Origin: Sphaerochaetaceae bacterium
Lineage (GTDB): Bacteria > Bacillota > Clostridia > Oscillospirales > CAG-272
DNA: 64,000 nt
Assembly: GCA_963656825.1 (NCBI GenBank)
Contig: CAVKJG010000001.1
Location: forward strand, 2,059-66,058
Direction: 5' to 3'
Of this stretch, positions 53,104 through 61,743 are shown piece after piece; the stretch's first letter is position 1; every line of letters starts with the position of its first letter. The notes under the pieces are model-generated. The model was not told the DNA's origin. It saw nothing but the letters and a program-made list of their open reading frames with translations, and made no database searches. The position numbers were made by a program, and so were the translations under genes.

Positions 53104-53296
53104 AGAGGCGCTTGCGCGTCTTGACGAAATAGTTTCGGAAATGGACGGCGGCAAAGCGGAGCTGGACAAGCTTCTCAGTCTTTTTGAGGAAGGCACCGCG
53201 CTTGTCAGACAGTGCAGAAAAGAGCTTGACACGGCGGAAAGAAAAATAAAGCTTGTGACGGAGGATGGGGAAATTGACTTCCCCGCTGAAAAATAA
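53078..53296 (+). CDS. xseB: exodeoxyribonuclease VII small subunit
   Basis: SFEEALARLDEIVSEMDGGKAELDKLLSLFEEGTALVRQCRKELDTAERKI. Confidence 0.9.
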   Translation: MEKKKPSFEEALARLDEIVSEMDGGKAELDKLLSLFEEGTALVRQCRKELDTAERKIKLVTEDGEIDFPAEK

Positions 53297-53298
53297 TT

Positions 53299-54186
53299 AT
53301 GGATATACGCAAAGCTATGGAAAATTACGCTGGAAAGGTGACGGCGGAGCTTGAAAAATATCTTGTAACGCCCGATCCCGACCTTGAAACTCTTTACAGC
53401 GCGATGCGTTACAGCGCGCTTTCCGGCGGAAAAAGAATAAGACCTTTCCTTTGCGACAGCTTCTGCCGCCTTTTCGGAGGAAAAGAGGAAGCGGCAATGC
53501 CGTTTTCCTGCGCCATTGAGATGGTTCACGCCTCGTCCCTTGTCCACGACGATATGCCCTGTATGGACAACGACGCCCTACGCCGCGGAAAGCCGACAAA
53601 TCACATCGTCTACGGCGAAGACATTGCCCTTCTCTGCGGAGACGCGCTTATAACAAAAGGCTTTGAGCTCGCGGCAGGAAACCGTCTTGTGTCTTCGGAG
53701 GCCGCAAGAAGCGCAGCCGCAATGCTCACGCGTCTTGCCGGCGGAATCGGCATGATGGGCGGTCAGCAGATAGACCTGCTCGCCGAAAAAACAAAGCCGG
53801 ATTTTCCGCTGCTGCTGAAAATGCACGACAAAAAAACCGGAGCGCTTATGCGCGCTTCGGTGCTTCTCGGCTGTCACGCCGCCGAAATAACGGACGAAAG
53901 CGATCCGCGCTGCAAAGCCGCCGTCAGATACGCAGACGGCATAGGCACGGCGTTCCAGATAATCGACGATATTCTCGACGTTGAGGGTGATCCCGCTCTG
54001 CTCGGCAAAGCCACCCACGCGGACGCCGCCGAAGGGAAAACAACGTTCATCTCGTTTATGAGCGTCGCCGACGCAAGAAAATACGCAAAAGAGCTTACCG
54101 ATTCCGCGACGGAAGCGATTCGCTTCTATGACGGCTCGGAGGAGCTTACCTCGCTTGCCGAATTTCTTCTTTACAGAAACAAATAA
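53299..54186 (+). CDS. ispA: polyprenyl (farnesyl/geranylgeranyl) diphosphate synthase
   Basis: First DDxxD-type motif LVHDDMPCMDNDALRRG and second motif QIIDDILD. Confidence 0.92.
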   Translation: MDIRKAMENYAGKVTAELEKYLVTPDPDLETLYSAMRYSALSGGKRIRPFLCDSFCRLFGGKEEAAMPFSCAIEMVHASSLVHDDMPCMDNDALRRGKPTNHIVYGEDIALLCGDALITKGFELAAGNRLVSSEAARSAAAMLTRLAGGIGMMGGQQIDLLAEKTKPDFPLLLKMHDKKTGALMRASVLLGCHAAEITDESDPRCKAAVRYADGIGTAFQIIDDILDVEGDPALLGKATHADAAEGKTTFISFMSVADARKYAKELTDSATEAIRFYDGSEELTSLAEFLLYRNK

Positions 54187-54191
54187 CAAAA

Positions 54192-54236
54192 TCGCCCCGT
54201 TTTGCATAGAATTTTAGCAAAGCGGGGTGATTTTTA
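54192..54236 (+). terminator. probable terminator/attenuating stem-loop after ispA
   Basis: A 7-bp GC-rich stem (CGCCCCG / CGGGGTG) with a 23-nt loop, then TTTTT. It overlaps the yunB GTG start. Confidence 0.45.
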
Positions 54237-54880
54237 TTATTACCGAATGTTCTTTCCGGAAACGCAAAAAAGGCAAAAAGCTGCTTATATCCGTCCTTTG
54301 CGTTTTTCTGTCGGCGCTTTTTATCGTTCTGTATCTGAACAGAAAGCTCGATCCGCTCGTGTGCGATGCGGCAACTCCGCGCCTGAGAGCCGAGATGACG
54401 CGCGTGATAAACGAAGCGGTAAGTGAAGCGATGTCCGGCTACAACGAAAAGCTTATAAGCATAACCTACGGAGCGGACGGGAAAATACTTTCCGTAGAAA
54501 CGGACAGCGTAAAAATAAATCTTCTCCGCGCGCTCGTAACGGAGAAGATAAACGAAAAAATAAAAGAATACGGCGAATACACCGTCACCATTTCCGCTTC
54601 AAACATTATGGACGACGAAATAATTTTCGGCAGATTTCCGTCGTGGCGCATTCCCGCAAGCGTGGAACCGAGCGGCAGCGCGGAAACCACCGTAAAAAGC
54701 TCGCTTACATCCGCCGGAATAAATCAGAGTCTGCATAAAATAGTTCTTTCCGTAAAGGTGAAAGTAACCGCCATGCTCCTTATCTCCACCGTTGACGTCG
54801 AAACCGACACGGATATCTGCATAGCGGAAACCGTAATAATAGGCGAAGTCCCTTCGGTGTTTTTCGGCGGTGAAAATTAA
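54227..54880 (+). CDS. yunB: sporulation protein YunB-like
   Basis: Basic N-terminus plus a TM helix (FRKRKKGKKLLISVLCVFLSALFIV), with YunB-like length and pattern. The only in-frame canonical start is GTG 54227, inside the ispA terminator stem. Confidence 0.55.
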   Translation: MIFIITECSFRKRKKGKKLLISVLCVFLSALFIVLYLNRKLDPLVCDAATPRLRAEMTRVINEAVSEAMSGYNEKLISITYGADGKILSVETDSVKINLLRALVTEKINEKIKEYGEYTVTISASNIMDDEIIFGRFPSWRIPASVEPSGSAETTVKSSLTSAGINQSLHKIVLSVKVKVTAMLLISTVDVETDTDICIAETVIIGEVPSVFFGGEN

Positions 54881-55761
54881 ACTCCCGTATAATCGAAATC
54901 GGGAATAAAGCTTTCCGCGGCGGCGCTTCCCTCCTGAACGTAGGCTGTCGAAATTCCTATCTTATCGGCATAATCTACAATCTTTGAATATTCGTATTTT
55001 GTCAGCTTCCGGCAAAGCTCCGGATAATTTTCAAGGCGCTTTTTGTCCGGCGTGAACTGACTCATTATGCTGAGAATAATATCGTTTCCGTATTCGGAAT
55101 GAAGATAATCCATTACGCGCAGCGAATCGGAAACGCACCCGGGCAAAGCAAGATGCCGCACTATAACGCCTTTTTTCATAAGACCGTCACAAAGCACGGG
55201 CGCACCCTTTGTACGCACCATTTCGGCAAGCGCCTCCTTTGCCCTTTCGGGATAATCTCCCGCCGCCGAATATTTTCCGGCAAGCTCTCCCGACATATAT
55301 TTGAAATCCGTAAGATAAATATCGACCGTTTTGTCAAGCGAAACTATCGTTTCGGCTTTTTCGTATCCGCCGGTGTTCCATACAACAGGCAAGCCGAGTC
55401 CCTTCGCCTTCGCTTCGGCAACGACGCGCTTTATCTGCGGCGAAAAATGCGTCGGCGTAACGAGATTTATATTGTTTGCTCCCTGCGCTTTAAGCTCAAA
55501 GAATATCTCGCAAAGACGCTCATCGCTTACTTCTTTTCCAAGCTCGCCGCGTGAGATTCCGTAATTCTGACAGTACACGCACCGCAGATTGCAGCCCGAA
55601 AAAAACACCGTTCCCGAGCCTTTTTCGCCGGATATGCACGGCTCCTCCCAGAAGTGAAGCGCCGCGCGCGCAAGGCGGACGGTATTTTTCTCGCCGCAAA
55701 AGCCCTTGCCCGTATTTCTGTCGATTCCGCATCCGCGCGGACAGATATCGCATTTTTCCAT
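54877..55761 (-). CDS. radical SAM protein, PflX-like (putative glycyl-radical-activating-enzyme-like)
   Basis: An N-terminal Cys cluster (CDICPRGC) and the CNLRCVYCQN radical SAM motif. Confidence 0.8.
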   Translation of the reverse strand: MEKCDICPRGCGIDRNTGKGFCGEKNTVRLARAALHFWEEPCISGEKGSGTVFFSGCNLRCVYCQNYGISRGELGKEVSDERLCEIFFELKAQGANNINLVTPTHFSPQIKRVVAEAKAKGLGLPVVWNTGGYEKAETIVSLDKTVDIYLTDFKYMSGELAGKYSAAGDYPERAKEALAEMVRTKGAPVLCDGLMKKGVIVRHLALPGCVSDSLRVMDYLHSEYGNDIILSIMSQFTPDKKRLENYPELCRKLTKYEYSKIVDYADKIGISTAYVQEGSAAAESFIPDFDYTGV

Positions 55762-55826
55762 ATAACAATCAAGTCCTTTTGAATTTTTGTAAGCTTTACT
55801 GCGGCTCTGACGTCCTGCGTGCGACT

Positions 55827-55855
55827 ATTATATCACACAGCTCCGGCTTTATCAA
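55827..55855 (-). promoter_or_regulatory. sigma-A promoter of the radical SAM gene (TTGATA-N17-TGTGTGaTATAAT)
   Basis: -10 at 55827-55832 with a TG-rich extension, and -35 at 55850-55855. Confidence 0.65.
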
Positions 55856-56121
55856 TGAAATATTTACCTGATGTCCCGAGAAAATTTTCCGCGACGCTCT
55901 CGCATACTCCGCTTGCGGCAATGTTTCTTCCTTATTTATTGATATACATAGGGCTTATAAAACGCCTGAAATGAGAAAATCGGAAGACGGTTTTCCGGCT
56001 TCGGATTGCCCGAAAAGCTGTTTTTGCGGTCATGAGATGTGCATTTGTGTCATTTTTCAAAGCAGAAATGGCATAAATGCCGTGAAACCTGCCAAAATGC
56101 CGAAAAAATTTGCCGAAACGG

Positions 56122-56150
56122 TTGACAAGCCGAAATTTATGTGCTACATT
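56122..56150 (+). promoter_or_regulatory. sigma-A promoter of the opp-like operon (TTGACA-N17-TACATT)
   Basis: Hexamers at 56122-56127 and 56145-56150. The leader to ATG 56266 is about 110 nt. Confidence 0.6.
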
Positions 56151-56265
56151 TAATTAAATACTTGCGTAATTTTTTGCCTGCATTACGGTTTCTTTTATTT
56201 TCGGAAACTGCCGCGGCAAAAAAAGCAGCGGATATTGAAAAAATACTATGCAATGGAGGAAAACA

Positions 56266-58827
56266 ATGAAAAAGAAACTCAAACAAATGCTGACGGCAGC
56301 ATTGTGTCTGGTACTTGTGGCAGCTACGTTCATGGGCTGCGGCAAAAAGACTCCCGACGTTGTGCCCGCTACATTCAAGCAGGCTGAATACAACACCACA
56401 ACAGCTACAATGCCCAGCAACTGGAACATGCTCACGTACGTTGACAACAACGATACCCAGATTATGAACTATATTTCTTCTTCGTTCTTTGAATATGACT
56501 ACAAATTTGAGAACGACAAGAAGTACAACGAGGACGGTTCCATCAACAAAGCCGGCATAGTTGCCGGTGCGTACACCACAAACTACTCCGCAGCAACAAA
56601 GCTCGAAGACGTAACATCTTCGGTTGATGCAAAATGGGGCTACACCGACGCTCAGAAGAAAGAGGGCGGCTATGCATGGAAGATCACCTTCCGTGACGAC
56701 CTCAAATGGGACGACGGAACAGCCATCAAGGGCGCAGACTTTGAATATTCCATGAAGCAGCAGCTCGATCCCGCTTTCATGAACTACAGAGCCAACACCT
56801 ACTACGATACGCTTAAGATCAAAAACGCAAAGACCTACTTCTTCCAGAACCAGGAAGGAACCTACGAAACCGTAGGCAGCCTTGGTTATGAAAACAACGC
56901 GGCTGCAATCGCAGACGGCAAAACCATCTACATCGACGTTCACGGCTTCTGGGGTGCTGAAGGCTATGTTGACAAAGACGGCAACGAATGTCCTCAGTGG
57001 GTCAGCATCAACGACGAAACCGTTTACGATACCGCAGACGCATGGACAGCAGGCGCTGCAGCAGACGCTTTCTCCGGTAAAGAGCTGTGGGCAGCTTACG
57101 GCGCTTATCTCGAAGTCGGCGCAAACTATGCAAGCTATGCCGGTATTTACGTTGAGAACAAGGTCCGCAGCGTGAAGTGGGAAGACGTAGGCATTTACGC
57201 CGTTGACGGCGAAAACGCTATCGTTGTCTGCATGGACAAAGCGTTCGCTTTCCTTAAAGAAGACGGTTCTCTCTCTTATCTCGCAGCATACTATATGTCC
57301 AGCCTTCCCCTCGTTCACGAGGCTAAGTACGAAGCTTCAAAGATCGCTCCCGCAAACGGCGCGACTCTCTGGACATCAAATTACAACTCTTCTCTCGCCA
57401 CAACGGCAAGCTGGGGTCCCTACAAGCTCTCCGAGTTTGAAGCAGGCTCTCACTACAAGCTCGTAAAGAACGAAAACTGGTACGGCTGGGGCATGGAAGA
57501 TTTCAAGAACCAGTACAACATCACCGCCATCAACTGCCGCAAGGTTGAAGAATGGGCGACAAGATGGATGGGCTTCCTTAACGGCGACTACGACGACGCT
57601 TCTCTTGCAACCGAGAACGCAGCCGAATATGTAGACTCCAAGTACGTTTACTACACATCCACCGATACCGGCACATTCGGTATGCAGCTTTACAGCAACC
57701 TCAGCGTTCTTAAAAACAGCAAAAACAACAACGGTATTCTTGCAATACCCGAATTCAGACAGGCATTCAACCTTGCGCTCAACAGAAGCGACATCGTTGA
57801 AAAAATCTGGCCCGGCACGGCTATCCCCTGCTTCGGTCTTGTAAACGTTGCTTACTACTATGATATCGAAAACGCTCCTACCCTTGAGGACGGCGGTCAG
57901 TACCGTAACACAACGCAGGCAAAAGAGGGTGTCCTCCGCGCTTACGGATTTACTCAGGGCGCAGACGGCAAGTGGACATCGGGCGACCTCAAGAATCTTG
58001 ATCTTGACGAAGCATACGATTCTCTCACAGGCTACAACCCCACTCTCGCAAAAGAGAGAATGGCAGCCGCTATCGAAGAGCTTACAAAGAACGCCGAAAC
58101 ATACGGCTACGACGCAACAAAGAACATCACTCTTGTTTACGGTTCTTCCGTAGATAACGACAAACAGAGATTCAGAGCAAACTACCTCCAGGACATTCTC
58201 GATGATCTTACAAAGGGAACGGCTCTTGAAGACAAGATTGACGTTGTATTCGACGCATCCGCAGGCTCGAAGTGGTCCGACGCGTTCAGAAGCGGCGAAA
58301 CTCAGATCGGTTTCGGTTACGGCTTCTCCGGCAACGCATTCAACCCCTTTGACATTATCGGCGCATTCGTTAACCCCGACGACAGTCTGAACTACCATAT
58401 GTACTGGGATACTTCCGCTATCGATCTGACTCTCACAATGCCCGCAGGCGACTATGATGGCGCAGGCGAGACAATCACAATGAGCGTTCAGAACTGGTAC
58501 TTCTGCCTGAACGGTCTTGCAGAGAGCGAAGGCGCTGCAAAGACTTACAACTGGGACGCAGGCTACGCTCCCGTTGAAGCAAGACTTATGATCCTCTCCG
58601 CTCTTGAAGAGCTTACAATCAAGGAAAGCCGTTCCGTAATGCTTATCGCATCCTCCGGCGGTTCTTTCCTCGGCGCTAAATTCTCTTACTTCTCCGATGT
58701 TGAAAACGTGTTCATGGGCTTCGGCGGTATCAGATATATGGAAGTCAACTATACTGACGCCGAATGGACAGAATATGTTAAATCTCAGAACAACAACCTT
58801 GAAAGCGAGTACAAGAAGTCCGAGTAA
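56266..58827 (+). CDS. ABC transporter substrate-binding lipoprotein, family 5 (Opp/Dpp-like), unusually large (853 aa)
   Basis: GGAGGA RBS then ATG 56266. Lipobox FMGCG. SBP_bac_5-like pattern with extra segments. Confidence 0.8.
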   Translation: MKKKLKQMLTAALCLVLVAATFMGCGKKTPDVVPATFKQAEYNTTTATMPSNWNMLTYVDNNDTQIMNYISSSFFEYDYKFENDKKYNEDGSINKAGIVAGAYTTNYSAATKLEDVTSSVDAKWGYTDAQKKEGGYAWKITFRDDLKWDDGTAIKGADFEYSMKQQLDPAFMNYRANTYYDTLKIKNAKTYFFQNQEGTYETVGSLGYENNAAAIADGKTIYIDVHGFWGAEGYVDKDGNECPQWVSINDETVYDTADAWTAGAAADAFSGKELWAAYGAYLEVGANYASYAGIYVENKVRSVKWEDVGIYAVDGENAIVVCMDKAFAFLKEDGSLSYLAAYYMSSLPLVHEAKYEASKIAPANGATLWTSNYNSSLATTASWGPYKLSEFEAGSHYKLVKNENWYGWGMEDFKNQYNITAINCRKVEEWATRWMGFLNGDYDDASLATENAAEYVDSKYVYYTSTDTGTFGMQLYSNLSVLKNSKNNNGILAIPEFRQAFNLALNRSDIVEKIWPGTAIPCFGLVNVAYYYDIENAPTLEDGGQYRNTTQAKEGVLRAYGFTQGADGKWTSGDLKNLDLDEAYDSLTGYNPTLAKERMAAAIEELTKNAETYGYDATKNITLVYGSSVDNDKQRFRANYLQDILDDLTKGTALEDKIDVVFDASAGSKWSDAFRSGETQIGFGYGFSGNAFNPFDIIGAFVNPDDSLNYHMYWDTSAIDLTLTMPAGDYDGAGETITMSVQNWYFCLNGLAESEGAAKTYNWDAGYAPVEARLMILSALEELTIKESRSVMLIASSGGSFLGAKFSYFSDVENVFMGFGGIRYMEVNYTDAEWTEYVKSQNNNLESEYKKSE

Positions 58828-58881
58828 TTTCTGTCATGGCTGATAAATACATCCCGAACAGGACTGTATAATTTTGAAAAA

Positions 58882-58914
58882 TCGGCGGTGAGTCAAGTGC
58901 TCACCGCTGATTTG
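58882..58914 (+). terminator. stem-loop (partial terminator / mRNA stabiliser) after the SBP gene
   Basis: TCGGCGGTGAG-tcaagtg-CTCACCGCTGA then TTTG, a weak U-tract. Confidence 0.5.
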
Positions 58915-59139
58915 CATATTTACGGCTTGTCGGCAAACCCCGCAAATCCTCATAAAAATGAATTTTTAACTCTGTTCGCGGCAGAATCTGCGCCGAAACA
59001 GGCGAAATTCCGGCTGAAAATTTCATTTTTATATCATGCGCTTTCAGAGCGCACACAGAGCGCTGTGTACGATTGTACATATCCCGAAGCTCTGAAAGCC
59101 ATAAAATCGGGGAACAACAAAACAGAGGAGAAAAAATCC

Positions 59140-60147
59140 ATGTACATGTTCAAATACGTTATGAAGCGGTTGGGCTTGATGCTCTTCACATTTTTAATTA
59201 TCTTTACAATGTGTTTTGTGCTTATCAAGCTTCTGCCGATTCCTACAAATGTTCTTCCGGGGCAGGATCCGGAGATCATTATGAAGACACTTGAGGGAAG
59301 AGGTTGGATCACCAACATTCAAAAGGGTGAAAACGGCGTTTATTCCTACGACCGTGTTCCGATACTGTTCCAGTACGGAAATTATATCAAGAGAGTGATC
59401 ACAAAGGGTGACTTCGGTATTGCAACCACCTACGGCGAGTATCTCAATATGAATCTGCGCGAGGTGTTTCTCAGTCACCTTCCCCCCACAATCCTTATAA
59501 ATATTTATTCCACACTTATCGGCGTGCCGATCGGACTTGCCCTCGGCATTCTGGCTGCGCTGAAAAAGAACAAATGGCAGGATCAGCTGATAAACGTCTT
59601 CATTATTTTGCTTATATCTGTTCCTTCCGTCGTGCTGGCTCTTATGATTCAGTATGTATTCTGCTTCAAGCTCGGCTGGTTCCCGCTGACCATGTCAACA
59701 AGTAAAGCGTACTTTACGGCTCCGGTATTTCATTCGATGCTTCCCGCAGTATTTTCGCTGTGCCTCGGCTCGATTGCCGGATACGCACGTTATACGCGCG
59801 CCGAGCTTTCCGAGGTTCTGACAGGCGAATTTATGCTGCTTGCAAGAACAAAGGGACTTACCAAGCGTCAGGCGATATTCCGCCACGCGATGCGCAACTC
59901 CATGGTAGTTATCTTCCCGTCAATTCTTAGCGAATTCGTATCGGTTCTTTCCGGATCGCTTATTATTGAAAAAATGTTCGGCATCAACGGCGTCGGCGGA
60001 CTGTACCTTAACTCTATCACGTTTCAGGATTACGATTTCTTCATGCTGCTGTCCGGTTTCTATACCCTTGTCAGTCTGACGGCGGGTATCGTTATTGACA
60101 TCAGCTACGGTTTCATCGATCCGAGAATCAGAATGGGAGCGAAATAA
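59140..60147 (+). CDS. ABC transporter permease (OppB/DppB-like)
   Basis: MFKYVMKRLGLMLFTFLIIF N-terminus and the EAA-loop region LARTKGLTKRQAIFRHAMRNS. ATG 59140 follows GAGGAG. Confidence 0.88.
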   Translation: MYMFKYVMKRLGLMLFTFLIIFTMCFVLIKLLPIPTNVLPGQDPEIIMKTLEGRGWITNIQKGENGVYSYDRVPILFQYGNYIKRVITKGDFGIATTYGEYLNMNLREVFLSHLPPTILINIYSTLIGVPIGLALGILAALKKNKWQDQLINVFIILLISVPSVVLALMIQYVFCFKLGWFPLTMSTSKAYFTAPVFHSMLPAVFSLCLGSIAGYARYTRAELSEVLTGEFMLLARTKGLTKRQAIFRHAMRNSMVVIFPSILSEFVSVLSGSLIIEKMFGINGVGGLYLNSITFQDYDFFMLLSGFYTLVSLTAGIVIDISYGFIDPRIRMGAK

Positions 60148-60148
60148 A

Positions 60149-61741
60149 ATGGCAACGAATAATGTAAATAATATCGCGAATATTCCTGCGGACAAGTTCA
60201 GATTTGCAACCGGAAGGGATCTCAAGCACGACAGCAAGTTTGACACAAAGCCCGTAAGCTATTTTCAGGGTGCGCTGAAACGCTTCAGCAAAAACAAGGG
60301 CGCGGTCGTCGGAGGCATCGTAATAGCCGTTCTTGCGCTTTTTGCAATCATTGCGCCGTTTTTCACGCCCTTCACTCCGGCATACTACGACATGGTTTAT
60401 GCTTATGTCACTCCCAAATCTCAGCTTTTTGTGGACAGCGGTCTTGATTTCTGGGACGGCTGCAAAACAAAAAACACCAATTACCTCGGCTTTATCAAGG
60501 ATAAGGCTATCGCTGTCGAAACAGGCAGAGAGGTCATTAAGCGCGACGAATACACCGTAAGTGAGGACGGCGCAAATTATTCCTATCGCTACAACACCTA
60601 TTACGGAGTAGGCTTCGGCAAATATAAAATAATTTCTCAAGAAGAATTCGACAACATTCAGAAATATCAGCTTGAAACGGGCAGACAGGTTCTTTATCCG
60701 ATAGTCAAATTCTCCGACAGACCTACGCTTGAAAAGAACAAATACGACGCAAACATCTATTACAAAATGGAGGATCCGAATGCGTCAGTTGTCCGCCCCA
60801 AGCTCGACTACGAGGGAAATATTATCCCGAATTACTGGAAATACGAGAAAAGCTCGGCATCAGGTCTGATACCGGAGTACAACTCTCTCAGAATCGAAGG
60901 CGAGGACGGCATAAAGGAAAACGGCTCCACCTATTACTATGCATACGGCAGAAGAGTAGACGGCGGCATTGAAGTCAGAGCCGAATACTATGAATATTAT
61001 ATCTACAATCACACTCAGATAAAGAAAGACGGCATAGAAGAACCTTTCTTCTTTTTCGGCACGACCGACACCGGCAAGGATATCTTTGCCTGCCTTGCAT
61101 ACGGCGCAAGATTTTCGTTTGTTTTTGCCACAATCGTTGCGGCGGTAAACTTCATTGTCGGCGTTATCTGGGGTTCCATCTCCGGATATTTCGGCGGGAG
61201 AGTCGATCTTCTCATGGAGAGATTTTCCGATATCCTCGGCGCAGTTCCCACGATGATCGTCATTACCCTTCTGAAATATCATATGGGAGCGTCAAGTCAG
61301 GCGCTTGTTCTGTTTATCGCGTTCTTTGCGACGGGGTGGATAGGTATGGCAAGCAGGACGCGTATGCAGTTCTACCGCTTTAAGAATCAGGAATATGTTC
61401 TTGCGGCAAGAACGCTCGGCGCAGGCAATCTGAGAATAATGTTCAAGCACATTTTCCCGAACGGTCTCGGCACGATAGTAACAAGCGTCGCGCTTGTAAT
61501 CCCCTCGATGATCTACTCGGAAACAAACCTTTCCTACCTCGGAATCATCAATCTTGAAGCAGGAAACACAACCAGCGTGGGAACGCTTATTGCCGCAGGT
61601 CAGAAGTCCATTATGGCAGGCGCAGGCTATGTGGCGCTGTTCCCGTGCACGTTCCTTGTTCTGTTGATGCTCAGCTTTAACCTGTTCGGCAACGGCTTGC
61701 GCGATGCGCTGAATCCGTCGCTCAGAGGCTCGGAGGATTGA
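60149..61741 (+). CDS. ABC transporter permease (OppC/DppC-like) with a roughly 225-aa extracytoplasmic insertion after TM1
   Basis: The OppC_N-like start, FGTTDTGKDIF, and the EAA loop AARTLGAGNLRIMFKHIFPN. ATG 60149. Confidence 0.88.
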   Translation: MATNNVNNIANIPADKFRFATGRDLKHDSKFDTKPVSYFQGALKRFSKNKGAVVGGIVIAVLALFAIIAPFFTPFTPAYYDMVYAYVTPKSQLFVDSGLDFWDGCKTKNTNYLGFIKDKAIAVETGREVIKRDEYTVSEDGANYSYRYNTYYGVGFGKYKIISQEEFDNIQKYQLETGRQVLYPIVKFSDRPTLEKNKYDANIYYKMEDPNASVVRPKLDYEGNIIPNYWKYEKSSASGLIPEYNSLRIEGEDGIKENGSTYYYAYGRRVDGGIEVRAEYYEYYIYNHTQIKKDGIEEPFFFFGTTDTGKDIFACLAYGARFSFVFATIVAAVNFIVGVIWGSISGYFGGRVDLLMERFSDILGAVPTMIVITLLKYHMGASSQALVLFIAFFATGWIGMASRTRMQFYRFKNQEYVLAARTLGAGNLRIMFKHIFPNGLGTIVTSVALVIPSMIYSETNLSYLGIINLEAGNTTSVGTLIAAGQKSIMAGAGYVALFPCTFLVLLMLSFNLFGNGLRDALNPSLRGSED

Positions 61742-61743
61742 AT

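Noticed and set aside
55971-56153. A 60-aa Cys-rich ORF (MRKSEDGFPASDCPKSCFCGHEMCICVIF...) in the 500-nt gap beside the radical SAM gene, considered as a possible RiPP precursor.
   Set aside because: It has no RBS and it overlaps the opp promoter and the upstream repeats. The adjacent radical SAM protein matches the widespread PflX-like activase pattern rather than a peptide-modifying SPASM/RRE enzyme.
58888-59139. The N-terminal extension of the OppB-like ORF (ORF-track start at 58888).
   Set aside because: The extension overlaps the SBP terminator stem-loop and the structured spacer, and it has no RBS. ATG 59140 follows GAGGAG and gives the canonical permease N-terminus MYMFKYVMKRLG.
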